64,000 bases of DNA from Octopus vulgaris. Its lineage: Eukaryota. Below the pieces are notes generated by a model. It worked only from the letters and a program-made list of their open reading frames with translations. It was not told the DNA's origin and ran no database searches. Both the position numbers and the translations under genes were made by a program. The DNA lies in assembly GCA_951406725.2 (NCBI GenBank), contig OX597818.1, forward strand, positions 141,918,001 to 141,982,000. The letters run 5' to 3'. This document shows positions 46,594 to 59,900 of the stretch, piece after piece (the first letter of the stretch is position 1; each line of letters begins with the position of its first letter).

Positions 46594-46594
<1 letters not shown>

Positions 46595-47977
46595 TGTTTC
46601 TTTATTAGCCACAAAGGGCTGCACACAGACAGAACAAATTACAAGGTAGAGCTTTTCTTTTGGGGGTAGAAAAAGGGGGTTGGTTTTCGATCAAAAGGGA
46701 TCGTAAAAGGAAAGAAAGAGGACAAAAAAAGGGGAGGATTTTTTTTTTTTAAAAGGGGGGAGAGGGGAAAAAAAGGAAAGGGGAGAGGAAAAAAAGTTGA
46801 TCAATAGGGATCGTAATCACAGAAATGTCAATATGAAGTGCAAAGGGGAGGACAGGTGAGGTTTACCCGTGGAAAGAAAAGCCTACGGAAAAAGACCACG
46901 GTAACCTCGGTCAATGAAGTCACATGTTATATTTCTTTCTTTTATTTTTTTTTCAAATATGCAACTCTGTATTAATTTTTACGGTTCATAGAATCATAGT
47001 CAAGGTGGCTTCGTCATTCATACGTGCCATCCTTGCTACATTCACCCATCTTTTTTTAAAACATTCGCTAGACAAAACTTGCCTCTCTACTCTCACTTTC
47101 CTCTTTAAGTGATACTTGAAGAAGTTGATGAGAGATTGACCAGAGAGGAAAGTGTTTGTCTCCAATCCTTTCAGACGCGTCCACCAGATGCATTCTTTCG
47201 CCATAGCCACAAGGATGATAAAAATAGCTCTTCCTTCCCGTTTGAAGGAAGGAGGCGTGACGATATTAACGATAGACTCGGCTGATAAACCGACACGTCC
47301 CACACGTGACAGCAGAGACCTGCCCGCATCTCGGGCAGGTCGGCCCCGTGTTTCTCGAGCCATGCCTATAGAGCTTATCCCGAACGGGTAGCGCTTCTCG
47401 GTAGCACTGCCAGGCCAGGGATCTCTGGAAGTTGTCCATGGGCCCTGACCCGAAAGTCGTCCCGAATAGGCGGGTCAGGTATCCTCGTCGACGCCCAGGT
47501 TTGCCCCGAGATCGTCGTCGTACCTCCTTTCCACTAATCTCCTATAGAATGCTTTGGTTGTGTTGAAGTCACTCAAGGTCGACCCGGGACGGCAGAGTTG
47601 CTTGAGAGCAACGCGACACTCGCGGTGCCATACGCCCTTCCTCGGCCTCTTTTTGATCCACGACTGTAGTTCGGTCATGGAGACGAGTTGCGGGAATGCG
47701 TGCCTCACAAACGGCGACCACACCTGTTCACCGTCGTCTACATAGAGCCGGAGATGTCGCAGTCTCAGCGCGTGTCTGCGCATCATCAACCACGGCATGC
47801 CCAGCCCTCCTTTTAACGGGTGTTGACAGCAAATGGATCGCCTGACCATCGGGACGCATCCTTTCCACAAGAAGCGGAAGAGGATGCGTTCTAGTTTGGT
47901 GATGGTAGGGTCGGGACAAGGTACGACGGTCAGGCGGTAGTAGATGATGGACGCGATGTACGCGTTCGCCACCTCCG
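46594..47977 (-). mobile_element. Tx1-clade LINE, 5'-truncated copy 3
   Basis: Highly similar to copy 2, with an internal deletion through the CCHC region near 47320. Confidence 0.88.
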
Positions 47978-47994
47978 CTATCTATCGATGGACT

Positions 47995-50900
47995 TTAGGT
48001 GAAGGGGAGGATCGGGCGAAGGAATATTGAACATTCCAGAGAGGGGGATTTGAAGGTGAAGAGGAGCAAGGGGATGAAGGAATATTGAACATTCCAGAGA
48101 GGGGAATTTGAAGGTGAATGGGAGGAAGGGGCGGACGGAATATTGAACTTTCCAGAGAGGGGGATTTGAAGGTGAAGGGGAGGAAGGGGCGGAAGGAATA
48201 TTGAACATTCCAGAGAGGGGGATTTGAAGGTGAAGTGGAGCAAGGGGGATGAAGGAATATTGAACATTCCAGAGAGGGGGATTTGAAGGTGAATGGGAGG
48301 AAGGGGCGGACGGAATATTGAACAGTCCTGAGAGGGGGATTTGAAGGTGAAGGGGAGGAAGGGGATGAAGGAATATTGAACATTCCATAGAGGGGGATTT
48401 GAAGGTGACGGGCAGGAAGGGGATGAAGGAATATTGAACATTCCAGAGAGGGGGATTTGAAGGTGAAGGGGAGGAAGGGGATGAAGGAATATTGAACATT
48501 CCAGAGAGGGGATTTGAAGGTGAAAGGGAGGAAGGGGAGGAAGGAATATTAAACATTCCAGAGATGGGATTTGAAGGTGAAGGGGAGGAAGGGGATGACG
48601 GAATATTGAACATTCCAGGGGGGGGGGATTTTAAGGTGAAGGGGAGGAAGGGGTGGAAGGAGTATTGAACATTCCAGAGAGGGGGATTTTAATGTGAATG
48701 TGAGGAAGGGGCGGAAGGAATATTGAACATTCCAGAGAGGGGGATTTGAAGGTGAAGGGGAGGAAGGTGCGGGAGGAATATTGAACATTCCAGAGAGAAG
48801 AATTTGAAGATGAAGGGGAGGAACGAGGTGAAGGAATTTTGAACATTCCAGAGAGGGGGATTTGAAGGTGAAGGGGAGGAAGGGGATGAAGGAATATTAA
48901 ACATTCCAGAGAGGGGATTTGAAGGTGAAGGGGAGGAAGGGGATGACGGAATATTGAACATTCCAGGGAGGGGGATTTTAAGGTGAAGGGGAGGAAGGGG
49001 CGGAAGGAGTATTGAACATTCCAGAGAGGGGGATTTGAAGGTGAAGGGGAGGAAGGGGATGAATGAATATTGAACATTCCAGAGAGGGGGATTTGAAGGT
49101 GAAGGGGAGGAAGGGGATGAAGGAATATTGAACATTCCAGAGAGGGGGATTTGAAGGTGAAGGGGAGGAAGGGGCGGAAGGAATATTGAACATTCCAGAG
49201 AGGGGGATTTGAAGGTGAAATGGAGGAAGAGGATGAAGGAATATTGAACATTCCAGAGAGGGGGATTTGAAGGTGAAGGGAGGAAGGGGATGAAGGAATA
49301 TTGAACATTCCAGAGAGGGGGATTTGAAGGTGAAGGGGAGGAAGGGGAGGAAGGAATATTGAACATTCCAGAGAGGGGGATTTGAAGGTGAATGTGAGGA
49401 TGGGGCGGAAGGAATATTGAACATTACTGAGAGGGGGATATGAAGGTGAATGGGAGGAAGGGGCGGAAGGAATATTGAACATTCCAGAGAGGGGGATTTG
49501 AAGGTGAAGGGGAGGAAGCGGATGAAGGAATATTGAACATTCCTGAGAGGGGGATTTGAAGGTGAAGGGGAGGAAGGGGATGAAGGAATATTGAACATTC
49601 CAGAGAGGGGGATTTGAAGGTGAAGGGGAGGAAGGGGATGAAGGAATATTGAACATTCCAGAGAGGGGATTTGAAGGTGAAGGGGATGAAGGTGCGGAAG
49701 GAATATTGAACATTCCAGAGAGGGGGATTTGAAGGTGAAGTGGAGGAAGGGGATGAAGGAATATTGAACATTCCAGAGAGGGGGATTTGAAGGTGAAGGG
49801 GAGGAAGGGGCGGACGGAATATTGAACATTCCAGAGGGGGATTTGAAGGTGAAGGGGAGGAAGGGGCGGGAGGAATATTGAACATTCCAGAGAGGGGGAT
49901 TTGAAGGTGAAGGTGAGGAAGGGGATGAAGGAATATTGAACATTCCAGAGAGGGGGATTTGAAGGTGAAAGGGAGGAAGGGGATGAAGGAATATTAAACA
50001 TTCCAGAGAGGGGATTTGAAGGTGAAGGGGAGGAAGGGGATGACGGAATATTGAACATTCCAGGGAGGGGGATTTTAAGGTGAAGGGGAGGAAGGGGCGG
50101 AAGGAGTACTGAAGATTCCAGAGAGGGGGATTTGAAGGTGAAGGGTAGGAAGGGGATGAATGAATATTGAACATTCCAGAGAGGGGGATTTGAAGGTGAA
50201 GGGGAGGAAGGGGAGGAAGGAATATTGAACATTCCAGAGAGGGGGATTTGAAGGTGAAGGGGAGGAAAGGGAGGAAGGAATATTGAACATTCCAGAGAGG
50301 GGGATTTGAAGGTGAATGGGAGGAAGGGGCGGACGGAATATTGAACATTCCAGAGAGGGGGATTTGAAGGTGAAGGGGAGGAAGGGGATGAAGGAATATT
50401 GAACATTCCAGAGAGGGGATTTGAAGGTGAAGGGGAGGAAGGGGCGGGAGGAATATTGAACATTCCAGAGGGGGATTTGAAGGTGAAGGGGAGGAAGGGG
50501 ATGAAGGAATATTGAACATTCCAGAGAGGGGGATTTGAAGGTGAAGGGAGGAGGGGATGAAGGAATATTAAACATTCCAGAGAGGGGATTTGAAGGTGAA
50601 CGGGAGGAAGGGGATGACGGAATATTGAACATTCCAGGGAGGGGGATTTTATGGTGAAGGGGAGGAAGGGGCGGAAGGAGTATTGAACATTCCAGAGAGG
50701 GGGATTTGAAGGTGAAGGGGAGGAAGGGGCGGAAGGAATATTGAACATTCCAGAGAGGGGGATTTGAAGGTGAAGGGGAGGAAGGGGATGAAGGAATATT
50801 GAACATTCCAGAGAGGGGGATTTGAAGGTGAAGGGGAGGAAGGGGCGGAAGGAATATTGAACATTCCAGAGAGGGGGATTTGAAGGTGAAGTGGGAGGAA

Positions 50901-53900
50901 GGGGATGATGGAATATTGAACATTCCAGAGAGGGGGATTTGAAGGTGAATGGGAGGAATGGGCGGACGGAATATTGAACTTTCCAGAGAGGGGGATTTGA
51001 AGGTGAAGGGGAGGAAGGGGCGGAAGGAATATTGAACATTCCAGAGAGGGGGATTTGAAGGTGAAGGGAGCAAGGGGATGAAGGAATATTGAACATTCCA
51101 TAGAGGGGGATTTGAAGGTGAATGTGAGGAAGGTGCGGAAGTAATATTCAACATTCCAGAGAGGGGGATTTGAAGGTGAAAGGGAGGAAGGGGTTGAAGG
51201 AATATTGAACATTACTGAGGGGGGATATGAAGGTGAATGGGAGGAAGGGGCGGAAGGAATATTGAACATTCCAGAGAGGGGGATTTGAAGGTGAAGGGGA
51301 GGAAGGGGATGAAGGAATATTGAACATTCCTGAGAGGGGGATTTGAAGGTGAAAGGGGAGGAAGGGGATGAAGGAATATTGAACATTCCAGAGAGGGGGA
51401 TTTGAAGGTGAAGGGGAGGAAGGGGATAACGGAATATTGAACATTCCAGGGAGGGGGATTTTAATGTGAAGGGGAGGAAGGGGTGGAAGGAGTATTAAAC
51501 AATCCAGAGAGGGGTATTTGAAGGTGAAGGGGAGGAAGGGGATGAATGAATATTGAACATTCCAGAGAGGGGGATTTGAAGGTGAAAGGGAGGAAGGGGA
51601 TGAAGGAATATTGAACATTCCAGAGAGGGGGATTTGAAGGTGAATGGGAGGAAGGGGATGAAGGAATATTGAACATTCCAGAGAGGGGGATTTGAAGGTG
51701 AAGTGGAGGAAAGGGATGAAGGAATATTGAACATTCCAGAGAGGGGGATTTGAAGGTGAAGGGGAGGAAGGGGATGAAGGAATATTGAACATTCCAGAGA
51801 GGGGGATTTGAAGGTGAAGGGGAGGAAGGGAGGAAGGAATATTGAACATTCCAGAGAGGGGGATTTGAAGGTGAATGTGAGGAAGGGGCGGAAGGAATAT
51901 TGAACATTCCAGAGAGGGGGATTTGAAGGTGAAGGGGAGGAAGGGGCGGAGGAATATTGAACATTCCAGAGAGGGGGATTTGAAGGTGAAGGGGAGGAAT
52001 GAGATGAAGGAATATTGAACATTCCAGAGAGGGGGGATTTGAAGGTGAAGGGGAGGAAGGGGATGAAGGAATATTAAACATTCCAGAGAGGGGATTTGAA
52101 GGTGAAGGGGAGGAAGGGGCGGAAGGAATATTGAACATTCCAGGGAGGGGGATTTGAAGGTGAATGGGAGGAAGCGGATGAAGGAATATTGAACATTCCT
52201 GAGAGGGGGATTTCAAGGTGAAGAGGAGGAAGGGGATGAAGGAATATTGAACATTCCAGAGAGGGGGATTTGAAGGTGAAGGGGAGGAAGGGGATGAAGG
52301 AATATAGAACATTCCAGAGAGGGGGATTTGAAGGTGAAGGGGAAGAATGGGATGAACGGAATATTAAACATTCCAGAGAGGGGGGTTTGAATGGTGAAGG
52401 GGAGGAAGGGGCGGAATATTGAACATTCCAGTGAGGGGGATTTGAAGGTGAAGGGGAGGAAGGGGCGGGAGGAATATTGAACATTCCAGAGAGGGGGATT
52501 TGAAGGTGAAGGGGAGGAAGGGGTGGAAGGAGTATTGAACATTCCAGAGAGGGGGGTTTTAAGGTAAAGGGGAGGAAGGGGCGGAAGGAATATTGAACAT
52601 TCCAGAGAGGGGGATTTGAAGGTGAAGAGGAGGAAGGGGATGAAGGAATATTGAACATTCCAGAGAGGGGATTTGAAGGTGAAGGGGAGGAAGGGGATGA
52701 AGGAATATTGAACATTCCAGAGAGGGGGATTTGAAGGTGAAGTGGAGGAAGGGGATGAAGGAATATTGAACATTCCAGAGAGGGGGATTTGAAGGTGAAG
52801 GGGAGGAAGGGGATGAAGGAATATTGAACATTCCAGAGAGGGGGACTTTAAGGTGAAGGGTTGGAAATTGAGGAAGGAATATTGAACATTCCTGAGAGGG
52901 GGATTAGAAGGTGAATGTGAGGAAGCGGCGGAAGGAATATTGAACATTCCAGAGAGGGGGATTTGAAGGTGAAGGGGAGGAAGGTGCGGGAGGAATATTG
53001 AACATTCCAGAGAGGGGGATTTGAAGGTGAAGGGGAGGAAGGAGATGAAGGAATATTGAACATTCCAGAGAGGGGGATTTGAAGGAGAAGTGGAGGAAGG
53101 GGATGAAGGAATATTGAACATTCCAGAGAGGGGGATTTGAAGGTGAAGGGGAGGAAGGGGATGAAGGAATATTGAACATTCCAGAGAGGGGGATTTGAAG
53201 GTGAAGGGGAGGAAGGGGATGAAGGAATATTGAACATTCCTGAGAGGGGGATTTGAAGGTGAAGGGGAGGAAGGGGATGACGGAATATTGAACATTCCAG
53301 AGAGGGGGATTTGTAGGTGAAGGGGAGGAAGGGGGTGAATGAATATTGAACATTCCAGAGAGGGGGATTTGAAGGTGAAGAGGAGGAAGGGGATGAAGGA
53401 ATATTGAACATTCCAGAGAGGGGGATTTGAAGGTGAAGGGGAGGAAGGGGATGAAGGAATATTGAACATTCCAGAGAGGGGGATTTGAAGGTGAGGTGGA
53501 GCAAGAGGATGAAGGAATATTGAACATTCCAGAGAGGGGGATTTGAAGGTGAAGGGGAGGAAGGGGATGAAGGAATATTGAACATTCCAGAGAGGGGGAT
53601 TTTAAGGTGAAGGGGAGGAATGGGAGGAAGGAATATTGAACATTCCAGAGAGGGGATTTGAAGGTGAAGGGGAGGAAGGTGCGGGAGGAATATTGAACAT
53701 TCCAGAGAGGGGGATTTGAAGGTGAAGGGGAGGAAGGAGATGAAGGAATATTGAACATTCCAGAGAGGGGGATTTGAAGGTGAAGGGGAGGAAGGGGAGG
53801 AAGGAATATTGAACATTCCAGAGAGGGGGATTTGAAGGTGAAGGGGAGGAAGGGGATGACGGAATATTGAACATTCCAGGGAGGGGGATTTTAAGGTGAA

Positions 53901-56900
53901 GGGGAGGAAGGGGCGGAAGGAGTACTGAAGATTCCAGAGAGGGGGATTTGAAGGTGGAGGGGAGGAAGGGGATGAATGAATATTGAACATTCCGGAGAGA
54001 GGGGATTTGAAGGTGAAGGGGAGGAAGGGGATGAAGGAATATTGAACATTCCAGAGAGGGGGATTTGAAGGTGAAGGGGAGGAAGGGGCGGAAGGAATAT
54101 TGAACATTCCAGAGAGGGGGATTTGAAGGTGAATGGGAGGAAGGGGCGGACGGAATATTGAACATTCCAGAGAGGGGGATTTGAAGGTGAAGGGGAGGAA
54201 GGGGATGAAGGAATATTGAACATTCCAGAGAGGGGGATTTGAAGGTGAAGGGGAGGAAGGGGCGGGAGGAATATTGAACATTCCAGAGAGGGGGATTTGA
54301 AGGTGAAGGGGAGGAAGGGGATGAAGGAATATTGAACATTCCAGAGAGGGGGATTTGAAGGTGAAGGGAGGGAGGGGATGAAGGAATATTAAACATTCCA
54401 GAGAGGGGATTTGAAGGTGAACAGGAGGAAGGGGATGACGGAATATTGAACATTCCAGGGAGGGGGATTTTTATGTGAAGGGGAGGAAGGGGCGGAAGGA
54501 GTATTGAACATTCCAGAGAGGGGGATTTGAAGGTGAAGGGGAGGAAGGGGCGGAAGGAATATTGAACATTCCAGAGAGGGGGATTTGAAGGTGAAGGGGA
54601 GGAAGGGGATGAAGGAATATTGAACATTCCAGAGAGGGGGATTTGAAGGTGAAGGGGAGGAAGGGGCGGAAGGAATATTGAACATTCCAGAGAGGGGGAT
54701 TTGAAGGTGAAGTGGAGCAAGGGGATGATGGAATATTGAACATTCCAGAGAGGGGGATTTGAAGGTGAATGGGAGGAATGGGCGGACGGAATATTGAACA
54801 TTCCAGAGAGGGGGATTTGAAGGTGAAGGGGAGGAAGGGGCGGAAGGAATATTGAACATTCCAGAGAGGGGGATTTGAATGTGAAGTGGAGCAAGGGGAT
54901 GAAGGAATATTGAACATTCCATAGAGGGGGATTTGAAGGTGAATGGAAGGAAGGGGCGGACGGAATATTGAACATTCCAGAGAGGGGGATTTGAAGGTGA
55001 AGGGGAGGAAGGGGATGAAGGAATATTGAACATTCCAGAGAGGGGGATTTGAAGGTGGAGGGGAGGAAGGGGATGAAGGAATATTGAACATTCCAGAGAG
55101 GGGGATTTGAAGGTGAAGGGGAGGAAGGGGATGAAGGAATATTGAACATTCCAGAGAGGGGGATTTGAAGGTGAAAGGGAGGAAGGGGATGAAGGAATAT
55201 TAAACATTCCAGAGAGGGGAATTGAAGGTGAAGGGGAGGAAGGGGATGACGGAATATTGAACATTCCAGGGAGGGGGATTTTAAGGTGAAGGGGAGGAAG
55301 GGGTGGAAGGAATATTGAACATTCCAGAGAGGGGGATTTGAAGGTGAAGGGGAGGAAGGGGATGAAGGAATATTGAACATTCCAGAGAGGGGGATTTGAA
55401 GGTGAAGAGGAGGAAGGGGATGAAGGAATATTGAACATTCCAGAGAGGGGGATTTGAAGGTGAATGGGAGGAAGGGGATGAAGGAATATTGAACATTCCA
55501 GAGAGGGGGATTTGAAGGTGAAGTGGAGCAAGGGGATGAAGGAATATTGAACATTCCAGAGAGGGGGATTTGAAGGTGAAGGGGAGGAAGCGGATGAAGG
55601 AATATTGAACATTCCAGAGAGGGGGATTTTAAGGTGAAGGGGAGGAATGGGAGGAAGGAATATTGAACATTCCAGAGAGGGGGATTTGAAGGTGAATGTG
55701 AGGAAGGGGCGGAAGGAATATTGAACATTCCAGAGAGGGGGATTTGAAGGTGAAGGGGAGGAAGGGGCGGGAGGAATATTGAACATTCCAGAGAGGGGGA
55801 TTTGAAGGTGAAGGGGAGGAATGAGATGAAGGAATATTGAACATTCCAGAGAGGGGGAATTGAAGGTGAAGGGGAGGAAGGGGATGAAGGAATATTAAAC
55901 ATTCCAGAGAGGGGATTTGAAGGTGAAGGGGAGGAAGGGGCGGAAGGAATATTGAACATTCCAGAGAGGGGGATTTTAAGGTGAATGGGAGGAAGGGGAT
56001 GAAGGAATATTGAACATTCCTGAGGGGGATTTGAAGGTGAAGGGGAGGAAGGGGATGAAGGAATATTGAACATTCCAGAGAGGGGGATTTGAAGGTGAAG
56101 GGGAGGAAGGGGATGAAGGAATATTGAACATTCCAGAGAGGGGGATTTGAAGGTGAAGGGGAAGAATGGGATGACGGAATATTAAACATTCCAGAGAGGG
56201 GGGTTTATGGTGAAGGGGAGGAAGGGGCGGAAGGAATATTGAACATTCCAGAGAGGGGGATTTGAAGGTGAAGGGGAGGAAGGGGCGGAAGGAATATTGA
56301 ACATTCCAGAGAGGGGGATTTGAAGGTGAAGGGGAGGAAGGGGTGGAAGGAATATTGAACATTCCAGAGAGGGGGTTTTGAGGTGAAGGGGAGGAAGGGG
56401 CGGAAGGAATATTGAACATTCCAGAGAGGGGGATTTGAAGGTGAAGGGGAGGAAGGGGATGAAGGAATATTGAACATTCCAGAGAGGGGGATTTGAAGGT
56501 GAAGGGGAGGAAGGGGATGAAGGAATATTGAACATTCCAGAGAGGGGGATTTGAAGGTGAAGGGGAGGAAGAGGATGAAGGAATATTGAACATTCCAGAG
56601 AGGGGATTTGAAGGTGAAGGGGAGGAAGCGGATGAAGGAATATTGAACATTCCAGAGAGGGGGACTTTAAGGTGAAGGGTTGGAAATTGAGGAAGGAATA
56701 TTGAACATTCCTGAGAGGGGGATTTGAAGGTGAATGTGAGGAAGGGGCGGAAGGAATATTGAACATTCCAGAGAGGGGGATTTGAAGGTGAAGGGGAGGA
56801 AGGGGAAGGAATATTGAACATTCCAGAGAGGGGGATTTGAAGGTGAAGGGGAGGAAGGGATGAAGGAATATTGAACATTCCAGAGAGGGGGATTTGAAGG

Positions 56901-59900
56901 TGAAGTGGAGGAAGGGGATGAAGGAATATTGAACATTCCAGAGAGGGGGATTTGAAGGTGAAGGAGAGGAAGGGGATGAAGGAATATTGAACATTCCAGA
57001 GAGGGGGATTTGAAGGTGAAGGGGAGGAAGGGGATGAAGGAATATTGAACATTCCAGAGAGGGGGATTTGAAGGTGAAGGGGAGGAAGGGGATGACGGAA
57101 TATTGAACATTCCAGAGAGGGGGATTTGTAGGTGAAGGGGAGGGGTGAAGGAATATTGAACATTCCAGAGAGGGGGATTTGAAGGTGAAGGGGAGGAAGG
57201 GGATGAAGGAATATTGAACATTCCAGAGAGGGGGATTTGAAGGTGAAGGGGAGGAAGGGGATGAAGGAATATTGAACATTCCAGAGAGGGGGATTTGAAG
57301 GTGAAGGGGAGGAAGGGGATGAAGGAATATTGAACATTCCAGAGAGGGGGATTTGAAGGTGAAGGGGAGGAAGGGGATGAAGGAATATTGAACATTCCAG
57401 AGAGGGGGATTTTAAGGTGAAGGGGAGGAATGGGAGGAAGGAATATTGAACATTCCAGAGAGGGGGATTTGAAGGTGAAGGGGAGGAAGGTGCGGGAGGA
57501 ATATTGAACATTCCAGAGAGGGGGATTTGAAGGTGAAGGGGAGGAAGGAGATGAAGGAATATTGAACATTCCAGAGAGGGGGATTTGAAGGTGAAGGGGA
57601 GGAAGGGGCGGAAGGAATATTAAACATTCCAGAGAGGGGATTTGAAGGTGAAGGGGAGGAAGGGGATGACGGAATATTGAACATTCCAGGGAGGGGGATT
57701 TTAAGGTGAAGGGGAGGAATGGGCGGAAGGAGTATTGAACATTCCAGAGAGGGGGATTTGAAGGTGAAGGGGAGGAAGGGAATGAATGAATATTGAACAT
57801 TCCAGAGAGGGGGATTTGAAGGTGAAGGGGAGGAAGGGGATGAAGGAATATTGAACATTCCAGAGAGGGGGATTTGAAGGTGAAGGGGAGGAAGGGGCGG
57901 AAGTAATATTGAACATTCCAGAGAGGGGGATTTGAAGGTGAAGGGGAGGAAGGGGATGAAGGAATATTGAACATTCCAGAGAGGGGGATTTGAAGGTGAA
58001 TGTGAGGAAGGGGCGGAAGGAATATTGAACATTCCAGAGAGGGGGATTTGAAGGTGAAGGGGAGGAAGCGGATGAAGGAATATTGAACATTCCTGAGAGG
58101 GGGATTTCAAGGTGAAGGGGAGGAAGGGGATGAAGGAATATTGAACATTCCAGAGAGGGGGTTTTGAAGGTGAAGGGGAGGAAGGGGTTGAAGGAATATT
58201 AAACATTCCAGAGAGGGGGATTTAAAGGTGAAGGGGAGGAAGGGGATGACGGAATATTGAACATTCCAGAGAGGGGGGGTTTAAGGTGAAGGGGAGGAAG
58301 TGGCGGAAGGAATATTGAACATTCCAGTGAGGGGGATTTGTAGGTGAAGGGGAGGAAGGGGCGGGAGGAATATTGCACATTCCAGAGAGGGGGATTTGGA
58401 GGTGAAGGGGAGGAAGGGGATGACGGAATATTGAACGTTCCAGAGAGGGGGTTTTAAGGTGAAGGGGAGGAAGGGGCGGAAGGAATATTGAACATTCCAG
58501 AGAGGGGGATTTGAAGGTGAAGGGGAGGAAGGGGCGGAAGGAATATTGAACATTCCAGAGAGGGGGATTTGAAGGTGAAGTGGAGGAAGGGGATGAAGGA
58601 ATATTGAACATTCCAGAGAGGGAGATTTGAAGGTGAAGGGGAGGAAGGGGATGACGGAATATTGAACATTCCAGGGAGGGGGATTTTTAGGTGAAGGGGA
58701 GGAATGGGCGGAAGGAGTTTTTAACATTCCAGAGAGGGGGATTTGAAGGTGAAGGGGAGGAAGGGGATGAATGAATATTGAACATTCCAGAGAGGGGGAT
58801 TTGAAGGTGAAGGGGAGGAAGGGGATGAAGGAATATTGAACATTCCAGAGTGGGGGATTTGAAGGTGGATGTGAGGAAGGGGCGGAAGTAATATTGAACA
58901 TGCCAGAGAGGGGGATTTGAAGGTGAAGGGGAGGAAGGGGATGAAGGAATATTGAACATTACTGAGAGGGGGAATTGATGGTGAATGGGAGGAAGGGGTG
59001 GAAGGAATATTGAACATTCCAGAGAGGGGGATTTGAAGGTGAAGGGAGGAAGCGGATGAAGGAATATTGAACATTCCTGAGAGGGGGATTTCAAGGTGAA
59101 GGGGAGGAAGGGGATGAAGGAATATTGAACATTCCAGAGAGGGGGATTTGAAGGTGAAGGGGAGGAAGGGGCGGAATGAATATTGAACATTCCAGAGAGG
59201 GGGATTTGAAGGTGAAGGGGAGGAAGGGGATGAAGGAATATTGAACATTCCAGAGAGGGGGATTTGAAGGTGAAGGGGAGGAAAGGGCGGGAGGAATATT
59301 GAACATTCCAGAGAGGGGGATTTGAAGGTGAAGTGGAGCAAGGGGATGAAGGAATATTGAACATTCCAGAGAGGGGGATTTGAAGGTGAATGGGAGGAAG
59401 GGGCGGACGGAATATTGAACATTCCAGAGAGGGGGATTTGAAGGTGAAGGGGAGGAAGGGGATTAAGGAATATTGAACATTCCAGAGAGGGGGATTTGAA
59501 GGTGAAGTGGAGGAAGGGGCGGGAGGAATATTGAACATTCCAGAGAGGGGGATTTGAAGGTTAAGGGGAGGAAGGGGATGAAGGAATATTGAACATTCCA
59601 GAGAGGGGGATTTGAAGGTGAAGGGATGGAAATTGAGGAAGGAATATTGAACATTCCTGAGAGGGGGATTTGAAGGTGAATGGGAGGAAGGGGCGGAAGG
59701 AGTATTGAACATTCCAGGGAGGGGGATTTGAAGGTGAATGTGAGGAAGGGGATGAATGAATATTGAACATTCCAGAGAGGGGGATTTGAAGGTGAAGGGG
59801 AGGAAGGGGATGAAGGAATATTGATTATTCCAGAGAGGGGGATTTGAAGGTGAAGGGGAGGAAGGGGCGGAAGGAATATTGAACATTCCAGAGAGGGGGA

